From an uncultured Micavibrio sp. (lineage in GTDB: Bacteria; Pseudomonadota; Alphaproteobacteria; Micavibrionales; Micavibrionaceae): a DNA stretch of 64,000 bases. A program made the translations under genes and the position numbers. Positions 18,631-28,947 of the stretch are shown here, piece after piece (position 1 is the stretch's first letter; each line of letters starts with the position of its first letter). Under the pieces are notes generated by a model. The model did not search any database and had not been told where the DNA came from. It worked only from the letters and a program-made list of their open reading frames with translations. Location of the stretch: NCBI GenBank assembly GCA_963977105.1, contig CAXBNI010000002.1, positions 44,675 through 108,674 of the forward strand, written 5' to 3'.

Positions 18631-19884
18631 ATGAGCATTGTATTAAAGAGACTAATTGAAGAAGCAAAAGCATTAGATGGCACAACCATGGCGAAGGATG
18701 CTTTAAAATCCGCGTTTCATCGTTCCGCACATGCCAGTTATGGCTTGCCAGAAGACTATGAGAATGAGCTAAAGTTCTGCTCTCGCAAGTCCGTCACCGA
18801 GATTCAAAAAGAAATCCAAACATTGTTTTCCACACACAGCCGTCATGACTCATCGAATGACGGTTTTTTTGTGCTTAAAAAGACAGCCGAAGAAAATTCT
18901 TATTACCTTACAAGTATTCAAGTCGACAGCATCACAAAAGACGATGATGGCAATATCATCGATTCACACGGCATTCAAAACGCTGGTCACCAAATGCGTG
19001 TACGTTTAGCGTTCCACCCAAATGTTGTTGCCGATCGCGCAAGCCAAGAAAATCAAAACGCACGTAAGTTTAAAACAAATAACGTTATGGCGAATTTTGG
19101 GGCGACACAAATTTATGGCGAACCAGAAGTTTCAGTTAAAACACTCCTATCACTCAGCGAAAATCAGGAGCGCGGCGAATTTGAAGTCTTCTTAAAAGAT
19201 GATAATTATGCGGGCACGATCCTAAAAGAAAAAGGCCATGCCTTAGAACCTGATTTCAAGAAAAAACTCCAAGAGCTAGATGACGATGCAAATACGGAGC
19301 TTTGCGCTGAGGCCATTTGCATGACACGCCGCATGATGTTCTATGGCGTTCACTATGTCGCAGAACATAATGCTTATGTTGGCTATGAGTGCACAATCGA
19401 CAACAATCAATTCGCAGATGTTAATATGCGTACATCAAAAGCCTATTCTGACCGTGAAATGGAATTTGAAGCGCATTATATTTACCCTGCTGATGGCCGC
19501 ATATTGTCTACAGCTGAGCAAAAACAAGTTTTAGACGCATCAACAGACGCACTGAGCACATATATACAAGATAACACGACGTCATTTAAGCCAAGCTGGG
19601 GCAGCAAAATGGAACGTGCATCTGCTGCAGCGCGCAAAATGAACAACTCGCTCAATAAGAAATTTAGCGCAGTAAATGATAACTCCGGCAACCAAGTGCC
19701 TGATATCCATCCATGTTTAGAAGAACAGAAGCACCCAGGTGAGCTGTTACAAAACAACATTGGCGGTTTTTACAATATGTCATTGAAAATTGACTCTCCT
19801 GTTTGTGAAAACAATAGCGCCGACTGGATTAAAGAACGCCGCATCAGAGAAGCCTTTGTTGAGCCTAAAAACAAGCAGGCTTAA
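18631..19884 (+). CDS. hypothetical protein, paralog B of a two-member family
   Basis: 417 aa with RBS AGGGAAAAT. Collinear motif matches to 17181..18431 (Y.LTS..VD, G.Q.R.R.A, E.S.KTL, CMTRR, GSKMERA). Confidence 0.75.
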   Translation: MSIVLKRLIEEAKALDGTTMAKDALKSAFHRSAHASYGLPEDYENELKFCSRKSVTEIQKEIQTLFSTHSRHDSSNDGFFVLKKTAEENSYYLTSIQVDSITKDDDGNIIDSHGIQNAGHQMRVRLAFHPNVVADRASQENQNARKFKTNNVMANFGATQIYGEPEVSVKTLLSLSENQERGEFEVFLKDDNYAGTILKEKGHALEPDFKKKLQELDDDANTELCAEAICMTRRMMFYGVHYVAEHNAYVGYECTIDNNQFADVNMRTSKAYSDREMEFEAHYIYPADGRILSTAEQKQVLDASTDALSTYIQDNTTSFKPSWGSKMERASAAARKMNNSLNKKFSAVNDNSGNQVPDIHPCLEEQKHPGELLQNNIGGFYNMSLKIDSPVCENNSADWIKERRIREAFVEPKNKQA

Positions 19885-19896
19885 GAAAATATCACC

Positions 19897-20892
19897 ATGA
19901 AGATTCTCGGCTTAGGAAATGCTGTTATTGATGTAACAGCAAATATTGAAGATGACTTTCTTGATACGCATGAGATCAAGAAAGGCCTATGTTATGAATC
20001 ACATATCGACGACGTTCCTAAATATTTAGACACATTGCAAAAACTCGGCGTTGAGACAGCCTATAGCGCAGGCGGTAGCGCGGCCAATACAATGGTCTGC
20101 ATTGCTGCGCTCGGCGGACAGGCATCATTTAGCGGCTTTATTGGCGCAGATAAGGATGGTGACTTCTTCAAGGATAGCCTTGCTCTTTACGATGTCGCCA
20201 CCCAAGACATGATTATCCGCAGCAATGACGAAACAGGAAAAATATTCATCCTCGTTACGCCAGACTGCCAGCGTAGCTTCATGTCATTCCACGGCGCATC
20301 GGCCTCTGCGCAGCCAGAAGACGAACACAAACAAATGATCCAAGCTAATGACGCTCTATACATAGAGGGTTTCTCACTTTATTCGCCCAAGGGCTATGAA
20401 ATGTATAAAGCGGCATCAGATATTGCACGCCAAGAAGGTAAGCTAATTATCTTTAACCCGTGTGATGCCAATGTCGTTGCTGAAAAAGCCGAAAGCGTCA
20501 CCGACCTTATGGGGCGCGCCGACATTATCATTGCCAACCGCCTTGAGGCGCTTGCAATGACCCATGAAAAAACACTAGAATCCGCCTTAGATGCACTAGG
20601 AAAAATGCATAAAAAATGCGTTATCATTACCGACAGCGCCAATGGCGCGTATATTCTTGAGGGCAACACCTTAACGCACAGCCCAATTGAGCGCACACCG
20701 CCAAAAATCGTTAATGATAACGGCGCTGGTGATAATTTTGCTGGTGGTTTCTTATTCGGCTATTTACAGCAAGGACTTCCCGCCGCGCAAGCCGCTAAGA
20801 TCGGTCATTTATGCGCAGGCTATATTTTAGGGCAGAGCGCTTCACGCCCAGCGCAAAAAGACGACTTGAAAAAACTACTTTCCACGTTATAA
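19897..20892 (+). CDS. PfkB-family carbohydrate/nucleoside kinase (adenosine-kinase-like)
   Basis: 331 aa with AGGSAANT and the PfkB signature DNGAGDNFAGGFLFG. Starts 12 nt after the preceding gene. Confidence 0.85.
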   Translation: MKILGLGNAVIDVTANIEDDFLDTHEIKKGLCYESHIDDVPKYLDTLQKLGVETAYSAGGSAANTMVCIAALGGQASFSGFIGADKDGDFFKDSLALYDVATQDMIIRSNDETGKIFILVTPDCQRSFMSFHGASASAQPEDEHKQMIQANDALYIEGFSLYSPKGYEMYKAASDIARQEGKLIIFNPCDANVVAEKAESVTDLMGRADIIIANRLEALAMTHEKTLESALDALGKMHKKCVIITDSANGAYILEGNTLTHSPIERTPPKIVNDNGAGDNFAGGFLFGYLQQGLPAAQAAKIGHLCAGYILGQSASRPAQKDDLKKLLSTL

Positions 20893-20915
20893 TCACATCC
20901 CAATAACCCTACAGG

Positions 20916-21908
20916 ATGTTTGTCACTATGCATGATGACTTACTGCCTATCGCCGCCATGGAACGCGCCGTCGATATTGTTCTTAGCTCCCCCCACCCGA
21001 CCAGCAAAGTGTCTGCGGCTCTTTTTGGTCGCGACCTTAATGGTGATGATTATATCATTGCACGTACGAATCGGTGGCCGGAGCGCATTGAACAATGCTT
21101 CACGCATGATGACCGCATCGGCAATAGTAGCGGTACAATCCACGCCGAGACAGCCTGTATCCTCGCCGCGCCCTACACAAAAGACGCGTCGATTTGCGTG
21201 ACAGACCCATTTTGTCCAAACTGCGCCAAAAACATCGTCGAGGCAGGCATCAAAGCGGTCTATATTGACCACAAAGGCTTTATCAAAGATTTCGCAGCCC
21301 GTCGCGGCCACGACTTTGAAAATATGTCATTGAAAATTGTTGAACGTGCGGGCATTGCGATTTTTGAGGTGATCCGTAAAGATAAAATCATCCAGCCCAT
21401 CCAGATCCCCAAAGAAGGTTACCGCCCGAAAAGCGCGAACCCACCAATTATCAAAGCGCTTGAACAAGCTCCGTCAATGACGCTTTTCTTAAATGAGGTC
21501 AATGCCGCTAAAAATATTTATGATGACGACACACCTTTTTGCGTTGCCCTATCAGAAGATCGCCATCGCGCGCTGTACAGCATTACATTAAGCGCCCATT
21601 TATCACGTGGCATTAAAAAAGGTAGCGAGGCTGAAGCCCCCGCCCATCAATTAGAACAAAAATATAACTATACCATCCCACCGCTCAACCGCTTAATGAT
21701 CGGCGCGCATAAATACGGCCATCGCGTCTTAGACGATTATATTTATTTATCACACATCCCCTCAGGACGAGAGCTTATTAATTTAATGGGGGAATCCGGC
21801 CAGCAAAAATTGTTTTTTGATAAACGAGAGAACATGACGAAATATTCATCGCCGCAAGCTTTAGCGCAGCTGACGCAAGCAGGCCTTGTCAAAGCAGAGT
21901 ATATTTAA
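20916..21908 (+). CDS. CDA-fold (dCMP-deaminase-like) zinc deaminase with an unknown ~180-aa C-terminal extension
   Basis: 330 aa with H76-A-E78 (TIHAETACI) and C100-P-N-C103 (FCPNCAKNIVEAGIKAVYI), the zinc and catalytic motifs of the cytidine/deoxycytidylate deaminase fold. Residues ~150-330 have no recognisable motif. Confidence 0.8.
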   Translation: MFVTMHDDLLPIAAMERAVDIVLSSPHPTSKVSAALFGRDLNGDDYIIARTNRWPERIEQCFTHDDRIGNSSGTIHAETACILAAPYTKDASICVTDPFCPNCAKNIVEAGIKAVYIDHKGFIKDFAARRGHDFENMSLKIVERAGIAIFEVIRKDKIIQPIQIPKEGYRPKSANPPIIKALEQAPSMTLFLNEVNAAKNIYDDDTPFCVALSEDRHRALYSITLSAHLSRGIKKGSEAEAPAHQLEQKYNYTIPPLNRLMIGAHKYGHRVLDDYIYLSHIPSGRELINLMGESGQQKLFFDKRENMTKYSSPQALAQLTQAGLVKAEYI

Positions 21909-22120
21909 GACGGGACGTTTTTGCACGGAATAAGGCTCCTGCCTTTTTGTTCTTCTTTAATCGCATCGCTTAATGATTCACTATCTGCCCCATCATCATT
22001 AACCGCCTTTTGAAATGAAGGACACGAAGACTGGCCAAAGTTTTCGCAGTTCTTGCAGCCCTCATCCGCGTTATCGACAATGTCTTTAGCTTTTGTTTTT
22101 ATATCATTATTTTTACCCAT
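21905..22120 (-). CDS. hypothetical small Cys-containing acidic protein
   Basis: 71 aa with RBS AGGGA. Its stop codon overlaps the stop of the convergent deaminase gene (TTAA). Confidence 0.45.
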   Translation of the reverse strand: MGKNNDIKTKAKDIVDNADEGCKNCENFGQSSCPSFQKAVNDDGADSESLSDAIKEEQKGRSLIPCKNVPS

Positions 22121-22167
22121 GTCGCAGCCATCCCTTTATGCGTCATTAAAATCGCCCTGTCTTGCCC

Positions 22168-23334
22168 CTAGTGCAAAAACGGCGTTAATGTTGTGCCCTG
22201 CACACAAAACACAGAATCGCCTGCAACTTTATTTTCTTTATCTTTGATGCCTTGTGCGCTGCACTGAGCTAACTCTTGCGCGCGAATACGCAGCTCATCA
22301 TGTATTTCTGTCTGCAAAGATGACAGCATATAGCTAAAGAGATCAGCGTCTTCATCACCAATTTCAACGGCAAGTTCATCAACCCACTTTTCGAGGGCGG
22401 CTAATGTCTCTTTAAAGTCCTCCGCGTCCATTTCGGTCTCAATAAAGCCATTCGCCATATCCCCCATTTGTGCAAAATAACATTCATATGCCCAGTCCTG
22501 CGCTTGGTCGAGCACTTCTAAAATTTTCCCGTCGCCGTCTTGTTTATCCGGTAAAGCATCCATATAGTCGATTTGATCTTGTAACAGACTAATTACATCA
22601 CCAGACGTCCCCGCCTCATCACCAGGCAAGCCATGCTCAACGATTAATTCCTCTAAGCTGTCTGTGTAAAAGGCAGGCATAATCTCGCAGAGTATAGCCA
22701 CAACATTTTTCGTCAGCGGTAAGGTCATATGCCCCCCTTCACCGATGTTCATTTGTATGAGTACAGCGTCTTCTTCTGCATTTTGTACCTCGACCTCCAA
22801 GGCCGCAAATGGGTCTGCTTTCTCTTCATATTTCTGCTCTAAGTTAACAGCAAGATGCGGATAGATCATCGCCATGTATTCAACAACAGGCATATAAGCC
22901 TCTGCATTGTCATAGTCATCCTTTGCCATCAGAGCCTCGCTTTGCTCAATCAGAGCGTTAAAAATTATAGAAATTGACTGCTCGTCATCACCAATAGTGT
23001 CAAGGACCGCTTCAATGTATTGCTCTGATACACCTGCATAATATGAACTTACAGTATCAGCAAGATCATCAATTGCGCCCATAATTTGACCGCTAAGCAA
23101 TCCACGTTCTGCCATTTCAAGACGATATTCGCGAATCGAATCGAGAACAGTATTATCACTGACCGCAAACTTACCTGTGACTTCGCCATCCGGATGAATT
23201 ATGGGGCTTGCCGCGCAAAGCGCCGCGAGCTCATCATATGTAGGCAGCGCTGTGAATTCTGTAATGTCGCCTGCGCCATCCATTAATATCATTGGATGCT
23301 GCGCGAGAATATTGTTTATGTTGCTATAATCCAT
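22168..23334 (-). CDS. hypothetical highly acidic protein
   Basis: 388 aa, very D/E-rich throughout. No motif recognised. Confidence 0.7.
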   Translation of the reverse strand: MDYSNINNILAQHPMILMDGAGDITEFTALPTYDELAALCAASPIIHPDGEVTGKFAVSDNTVLDSIREYRLEMAERGLLSGQIMGAIDDLADTVSSYYAGVSEQYIEAVLDTIGDDEQSISIIFNALIEQSEALMAKDDYDNAEAYMPVVEYMAMIYPHLAVNLEQKYEEKADPFAALEVEVQNAEEDAVLIQMNIGEGGHMTLPLTKNVVAILCEIMPAFYTDSLEELIVEHGLPGDEAGTSGDVISLLQDQIDYMDALPDKQDGDGKILEVLDQAQDWAYECYFAQMGDMANGFIETEMDAEDFKETLAALEKWVDELAVEIGDEDADLFSYMLSSLQTEIHDELRIRAQELAQCSAQGIKDKENKVAGDSVFCVQGTTLTPFLH

Positions 23335-23363
23335 TTTATTCTACCTAACTTGATTAATGTGCC

Positions 23364-23735
23364 TTAAAAGGAACACGCTTTGGCCGTGTCTCTCACTAAA
23401 TTTTCTAATTGCTTTGCCTTATAACAGTCTTGAAAAGCCCGCTCACTATGCCCAACTTTCAATGCGCTACGCTGCGCTGTCAACTCATCAAGGCATATTT
23501 TCCATTCATCCTGCCGCGCTGAGCATGTAACCTGCTCCAATGCATTTTCAATACGCAGTTCAAGCTCAGCTGCACGGCGAAACACATCACGGCGATAAGT
23601 TTCCGTCTTCTCACTCGCCCAATCATTGAACATCGATAGTAAGCCTTGACCTTGTTCAGGCTCTTTATCGCCGCGCTGATCTTTTCGGCGCTGCTCTTCG
23701 CTTGTGTAAATTTTCTGAGATTGTAATCCACCCAT
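23364..23735 (-). CDS. hypothetical charged/coiled-coil protein
   Basis: 123 aa, preferred over the overlapping ORF 23480..23818 on composition. The N terminus is MGGLQSQK. Confidence 0.55.
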   Translation of the reverse strand: MGGLQSQKIYTSEEQRRKDQRGDKEPEQGQGLLSMFNDWASEKTETYRRDVFRRAAELELRIENALEQVTCSARQDEWKICLDELTAQRSALKVGHSERAFQDCYKAKQLENLVRDTAKACSF

Positions 23736-24060
23736 GTCTTAACGCCCTTATATCTTGCCATTATCGTTGCTTTGCAATGCAATAACCATAGTTTACATAA
23801 TTTAAGACCTTCTTTCAAGCAAAAAAATTAACAAAAAGTTAATCCAAACAGCTCGTTCATCCGTATGAAGATATATGAGAGCGATAAATGTCCACTATTT
23901 CGGAATTTATTTACCTCTTATATATTGCATTTACTGGACTGATGACTATTATGTACGCAATCGAGTATATGAACAGTCCCACGATAGTAAATAGGGAATA
24001 GATGATGGTGCCTATGGTAGGGCCATTAGCGATATTCGCCACTAAATGAAAGGTATTAAA

Positions 24061-25992
24061 ATGAGCAAAGTCATTGGTATTGACCTAGGTACAACCAACT
24101 CTTGTGTAGCCGTAATGGATGGTAAAGATCCACGCGTAATTGAAAACTCAGAAGGTACACGGACCACCCCGTCAATGGTAGCGATTACCAAAGATGGTGA
24201 ACAACTCGTCGGGCAGCCTGCAAAACGTCAGGCCGTTACAAATCCAGAAAACACACTCTATGCTGTAAAACGTCTTATTGGCCGTCGTTATGACGATGCC
24301 GCCGTTCAGGATATGATGGACAAAGCGCCATTCCATATTATTGAAGGCGAAAATGGCGATGCATGGGTTGAAGTCGATGGCGAAAAATACGCCCCAGCAC
24401 AAATAGCTGCGATGATTTTGACAAAAATGAAAGAAACGGCAGAAAGCTTCTTAGGCGCAGACGTCACAGAAGCTGTTATTACAGTCCCTGCTTATTTTAA
24501 CGATGCACAGCGTCAAGCAACAAAAGATGCCGGCCGCATTGCGGGCCTTGATGTTCTACGTATCATCAACGAGCCAACAGCCGCTGCGTTATCATATGGC
24601 CTCGACAAAGAAGAAAGCGGCGTTATCGCTGTTTATGACCTTGGTGGCGGTACATTTGATATCTCAATTCTTGAAATTGGCGACGGCGTGTTCGAAGTTA
24701 AATCAACCAATGGTGACACATTCCTTGGCGGTGAAGACTTTGACCTACGTATCATTGACTTCTTGGTTGACGAGTTCAAAAAAGAACAAGGCATTGACCT
24801 GAAAAAAGATAATCTTGCTCTACAGCGCCTAAAAGAAGCTGCTGAAAAAGCAAAAATCGAACTTTCAAGTGCACAGCAAACTGATGTTAACTTGCCGTTT
24901 ATTACCGCAGATGCTGCGGGCCCTAAACACCTGAACATCAAACTTACACGTGCAAAATTAGAATCACTCGTTGATGACCTGATCAAGCGTACAATTGAAC
25001 CACTCAAAGCAGCGTTAAAAGATGCTGGCTATAAGCCATCTGACATTGACGAAGTTGTTATGGTTGGTGGTATGACACGTATGCCAAAAGTCATTAGCGC
25101 AGTTAAAGACTATTTTGGTAAAGAGCCTCACAAAGGCGTGAACCCTGATGAAGTTGTTGCCAATGGTGCGGCGATTCAAGGCGGCGTATTACAAGGCGAC
25201 GTTAAAGACGTTCTTCTTCTTGATGTAACGCCTTTATCACTTGGCATTGAAACTTTGGGCGGCGTGTTCACACGTTTGATTGACCGTAACACGACAATCC
25301 CAACTAAAAAGTCTCAAACATTTTCTACTGCAGAAGACAATCAAAGCGCAGTGACCATTCGTGTCTTCCAAGGTGAACGTGAAATGGCGGCCGACAATAA
25401 GATGCTTGGTCAGTTTGACCTCGTAGGCATTCCACCAGCGCCGCGCGGCGTTCCACAAGTTGAAGTCACATTCGACATTGATGCGAACGGCATTGTACAG
25501 GTTTCTGCAAAAGATAAAGCGACCAACAAAGAGCAACAAATTCGTATCCAAGCCTCAGGCGGTCTGTCTGACAATGATATTGAACAAATGGTTCAGGACG
25601 CTGAAAGTAACTCTGAGAAAGACAAAGCGAAGCGCGATGAAGTTGAAGCTCGTAACGGCGCAGAGTCACTCATCCACGCAACTGAGAACAGCATGGAAGA
25701 ACTTGGCGATAAAATTGGAGCTGAAGACAAAGCAGCTGCAGAAGACGCCATGCAAGATCTGAAAGCTGCGCTTGAGGGCGACAATGCAGAAGACATCAAA
25801 GCGAAAACGGACGCCTTGCAAAAAGCATCAATGAAAATTGGTGAAGCAATGTATCGCGCATCACAAGAAGAAGATTCCGCTGAATCAGAAAGCGCATCAA
25901 CTGAAAGCAAAGCCGAAGAAGGCGACGACCTTTCAAGTGATGATGACGTTCTGGATGCAGACTTCACTGTTGATGACGAAGATAAAAAGTAG
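24061..25992 (+). CDS. dnaK: molecular chaperone DnaK (Hsp70)
   Basis: The ORF track starts at 24046; the canonical [14 protein letters not shown] begins at 24061. Also carries DLGGGTFD and an acidic C-terminal tail. Confidence 0.97.
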   Translation: MSKVIGIDLGTTNSCVAVMDGKDPRVIENSEGTRTTPSMVAITKDGEQLVGQPAKRQAVTNPENTLYAVKRLIGRRYDDAAVQDMMDKAPFHIIEGENGDAWVEVDGEKYAPAQIAAMILTKMKETAESFLGADVTEAVITVPAYFNDAQRQATKDAGRIAGLDVLRIINEPTAAALSYGLDKEESGVIAVYDLGGGTFDISILEIGDGVFEVKSTNGDTFLGGEDFDLRIIDFLVDEFKKEQGIDLKKDNLALQRLKEAAEKAKIELSSAQQTDVNLPFITADAAGPKHLNIKLTRAKLESLVDDLIKRTIEPLKAALKDAGYKPSDIDEVVMVGGMTRMPKVISAVKDYFGKEPHKGVNPDEVVANGAAIQGGVLQGDVKDVLLLDVTPLSLGIETLGGVFTRLIDRNTTIPTKKSQTFSTAEDNQSAVTIRVFQGEREMAADNKMLGQFDLVGIPPAPRGVPQVEVTFDIDANGIVQVSAKDKATNKEQQIRIQASGGLSDNDIEQMVQDAESNSEKDKAKRDEVEARNGAESLIHATENSMEELGDKIGAEDKAAAEDAMQDLKAALEGDNAEDIKAKTDALQKASMKIGEAMYRASQEEDSAESESASTESKAEEGDDLSSDDDVLDADFTVDDEDKK

Positions 25993-26009
25993 TCCAACCT
26001 GATTAAAAA

Positions 26010-26055
26010 AAGCTTTGGCCGATCCATTAAGCGTATTGGCCAAAGCTTGTTTTTT
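26010..26055 (+). terminator. strong hairpin plus T-run between dnaK and dnaJ (partial terminator or attenuator)
   Basis: Perfect 11-bp stem AAGCTTTGGCC / GGCCAAAGCTT with a 17-nt loop, followed by GTTTTTT. Confidence 0.6.
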
Positions 26056-26081
26056 AATTCGATACATATTGAGCGTAGCCC

Positions 26082-27251
26082 ATGTCGGAAAAAGACTTAT
26101 ATAAAACTCTTAACGTAGATCGCAATGCCGATGCTGATACGATTAAAAAATCTTATCGTAAGCTCGCATTAAAATACCACCCTGATCAAAATAAAGACAA
26201 TCCAGAAGCGGAAGCGAAATTTAAAGAAATTTCACATGCTTATGACATCTTAAAGGACACGCAAAAGAAACAAATGTATGACCAGTTTGGTGAGCGCGCT
26301 TTCCAAAATGGCGGCCCCAGTGGCGGCGCAGGAGGTCCTGGCGGCTTCGGTGGCGCAGGCGGCGGTGGCGGCTTTGGCGATATATTTGAAGAAATGTTTG
26401 GTGACTTTATGGGCGGCGGCGGTCGTGGCCAAGGACGCTCATCAGCGATGCGTGGCTCGGACGTTCAGTTTTCAATGGATGTTAGCCTAGAAGACGCTTT
26501 TAGCGGTAAAGAAGCCAATATCCGCGTCCCCACGGTCGAAAGCTGCGCAGGTTGTAGTGGCACTGGTGCAGAAGATGGCAGCGGCGGCACAGAAAATTGT
26601 AGCACTTGCGCCGGACAAGGGCGCGTTCGTGCGCAGCAAGGCTTCTTTACAATTGAACGCGCCTGCCCAACCTGTAATGGGCAAGGTCAAATCATTCGTA
26701 ACCCGTGCCGTAAATGTAGCGGTCAAGGCCGTATCAAAGGCAGCAAAAAGCTTAAAGTTAACATCCCCGCAGGCATTGATGACGGACGAAGAATCCGCAT
26801 TAGCGGCGAAGGTGAAGCTGGCGTACGCGGCGGCCCTGCTGGCGATTTGTATATTCTTATCAGCGTCAAACAGCATAATTTGTTTAAACGCGCCGATAGT
26901 AATTTGCATTGCCACGTTCCCATTGCCTTTACATCAGCGGCCCTTGGCGGCGAAGTGGAAGTACCAACAATTGACGGCAAAACAGCGCAAGTCAAAATAC
27001 CTGCAGGCACACAAAGCGGTCAACAATTCCGTCTACGTGGCAAAGGCATGCCTGTACTGAAAAGCGGCATCAAGGGCGATATGTTCGTTGAGATTTTTGT
27101 CGAAACACCGGTGAATTTGTCAAAGAAACAAACGCAACTACTGAAACAGTTCGCTGATGAAGGCCCGAAAAAAGGCAGCCCATCCAACAGCCCTGAATCT
27201 GAAGGATTTTTTAGTAAAGTCAAAGATATGTGGTCTGATTTGAAAGACTAA
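26082..27251 (+). CDS. dnaJ: molecular chaperone DnaJ
   Basis: 389 aa with a J-domain HPD (KYHPDQN), a G/F-rich linker and four CxxCxGxG zinc-finger repeats. Confidence 0.97.
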   Translation: MSEKDLYKTLNVDRNADADTIKKSYRKLALKYHPDQNKDNPEAEAKFKEISHAYDILKDTQKKQMYDQFGERAFQNGGPSGGAGGPGGFGGAGGGGGFGDIFEEMFGDFMGGGGRGQGRSSAMRGSDVQFSMDVSLEDAFSGKEANIRVPTVESCAGCSGTGAEDGSGGTENCSTCAGQGRVRAQQGFFTIERACPTCNGQGQIIRNPCRKCSGQGRIKGSKKLKVNIPAGIDDGRRIRISGEGEAGVRGGPAGDLYILISVKQHNLFKRADSNLHCHVPIAFTSAALGGEVEVPTIDGKTAQVKIPAGTQSGQQFRLRGKGMPVLKSGIKGDMFVEIFVETPVNLSKKQTQLLKQFADEGPKKGSPSNSPESEGFFSKVKDMWSDLKD

Positions 27252-27278
27252 ACGCACAAACGCGTACCAATATAAAGA

Positions 27279-27307
27279 AAAGCACGCTGTCATTAGCGTG
27301 CTTTTTT
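27279..27307. terminator. rho-independent terminator after dnaJ (also usable by the convergent OMP gene)
   Basis: AAAGCACGCT / AGCGTGCTTT stem with a 6-nt loop, flanked by an A-rich and a T-rich tract. Confidence 0.7.
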
Positions 27308-27312
27308 AATGG

Positions 27313-27900
27313 TTAAAACTTGATGCTCGCTTGCAAGGTAATCAGCTCTGGGTTTACCCTATCTTTAATTGCAAGCTCTGGCATATAGCCTAGCTTAACC
27401 GAATATTTATCCGCATACTCACCGCGTAGATACAGCTGCCCCGCTGGCGTGGCTTTATAACCTGACACATGATCATACCCCGTGACTACGCCTGCCATCA
27501 TACCGACTGATAATGTCCAGTCCTTATGCAGTTTATATGCAAGCTCTCCCTGCGTCGAGGCATAGAAGCTGTCTTTACTGTAAGAGTTTTTATAATAGCC
27601 GACGCTGCCACCAATGCGTAAATCAGCGTCCATAAAATGCGTTATGTCATGAAGCTGCGTGTAGCCAATGCCCCAGTTTTTTTCATTGAAATTTTTCTTT
27701 TCACCGTCATCATCCCGATAATAAACACGCTCACGATCAAATGGGTCATGCACAGATAAAATATTAAAATCAACATACCTATGTACCGTTCTTTCCGCCG
27801 CCGCCTTATCCGCAAGCGCAATGTCTGGCACAGTAGCCCCCACCAAAAATACAGGCAGAGCCACATTTTTAAAAAAATTACTATATGTTCCCGACATCAT
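27313..27900 (-). CDS. small outer-membrane beta-barrel protein (possibly PagL-like lipid A deacylase)
   Basis: The start is chosen at the MMSG... signal-peptide-like segment ending ALA-DK. It has alternating beta-strand patterning, a C-terminal aromatic residue (...LQASIKF) and an HVSG motif resembling the PagL His-x-Ser. The ORF track extends to 27942. Confidence 0.6.
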   Translation of the reverse strand: MMSGTYSNFFKNVALPVFLVGATVPDIALADKAAAERTVHRYVDFNILSVHDPFDRERVYYRDDDGEKKNFNEKNWGIGYTQLHDITHFMDADLRIGGSVGYYKNSYSKDSFYASTQGELAYKLHKDWTLSVGMMAGVVTGYDHVSGYKATPAGQLYLRGEYADKYSVKLGYMPELAIKDRVNPELITLQASIKF

Positions 27901-28023
27901 CCACCCCATGGTCAAACCGATACAGCAACAGTAGCACAGCAATAAACAGAATAAAAATTATGGGAAAATGTAATTATATTTCATAAACATAGCTTTATAT
28001 GCAAAAACTATAATGGAACAGGC

Positions 28024-28374
28024 TTAACCTTTGACCAAGAAAGTCGCAATCAAAGCCATAATGTTTTGGCGCAGCGGTGCCGCGCTTATATTTGCCATCT
28101 GCAACTGCGCCCCGCCAGCGTTTGTAAACACGGCGCTTACGGCGTCAAAATCTAATGATGTATTATCAAACACACGGCTTTGTTTATCAGCGGACGAATC
28201 CATAGACCGAAAACCAAGCGCCCGCACATCCCCATGCGCACCGTCAACATGCAGCCAGTGATAGACAAGACTTTTATCCGCCTCCGCAGGCAAATCAAGC
28301 CGTTTGACCTCAACCACATAATCATGCCCCGCATGAAAAGCATAAAGAACCTCAAATGATATCGCGCGAGGCAT
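28024..28374 (-). CDS. hypothetical protein
   Basis: 116-aa ORF. No motif recognised. Confidence 0.45.
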   Translation of the reverse strand: MPRAISFEVLYAFHAGHDYVVEVKRLDLPAEADKSLVYHWLHVDGAHGDVRALGFRSMDSSADKQSRVFDNTSLDFDAVSAVFTNAGGAQLQMANISAAPLRQNIMALIATFLVKG

Positions 28375-28398
28375 AGCCTTCTCCCAAGAATAAAAATA

Positions 28399-28755
<357 letters not shown>

Positions 28756-28891
28756 TATGGATGTCATAGCAAACAAAATCCTAAACAGCAAGCGAGATTA
28801 AATTTGCGCCCCCATGAGCCTCTACGATGTGCGCTATATACTCGTCGAATCAACACGCGTCTCACACAGCAGAACAAAAACAAGAAATTGA

Positions 28892-28920
28892 TTTACATAA
28901 AACGCGCCGTATGTTATACC
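28892..28920 (+). promoter_or_regulatory. candidate sigma70-type promoter
   Basis: TTTACA-N17-TATACC, 28 nt upstream of ATG 28948. The TTTACATAAA and GTTATACCCT elements recur upstream of the paralog at 29991. Confidence 0.35.
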
Positions 28921-28947
28921 CTTCTTTATTAAATAAGTGGGTAGATA

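Noticed and set aside
23736-24060. Search for a CIRCE element (TTAGCACTC-N9-GAGTGCTAA) or a sigma32-type promoter (CTTG-N17-CYTATNT) upstream of dnaK
   Set aside because: There is no CIRCE-like repeat. A CTTATAT box exists near 23920-23930, but no CTTG lies at the required spacing. I could not support a specific heat-shock promoter call by eye.
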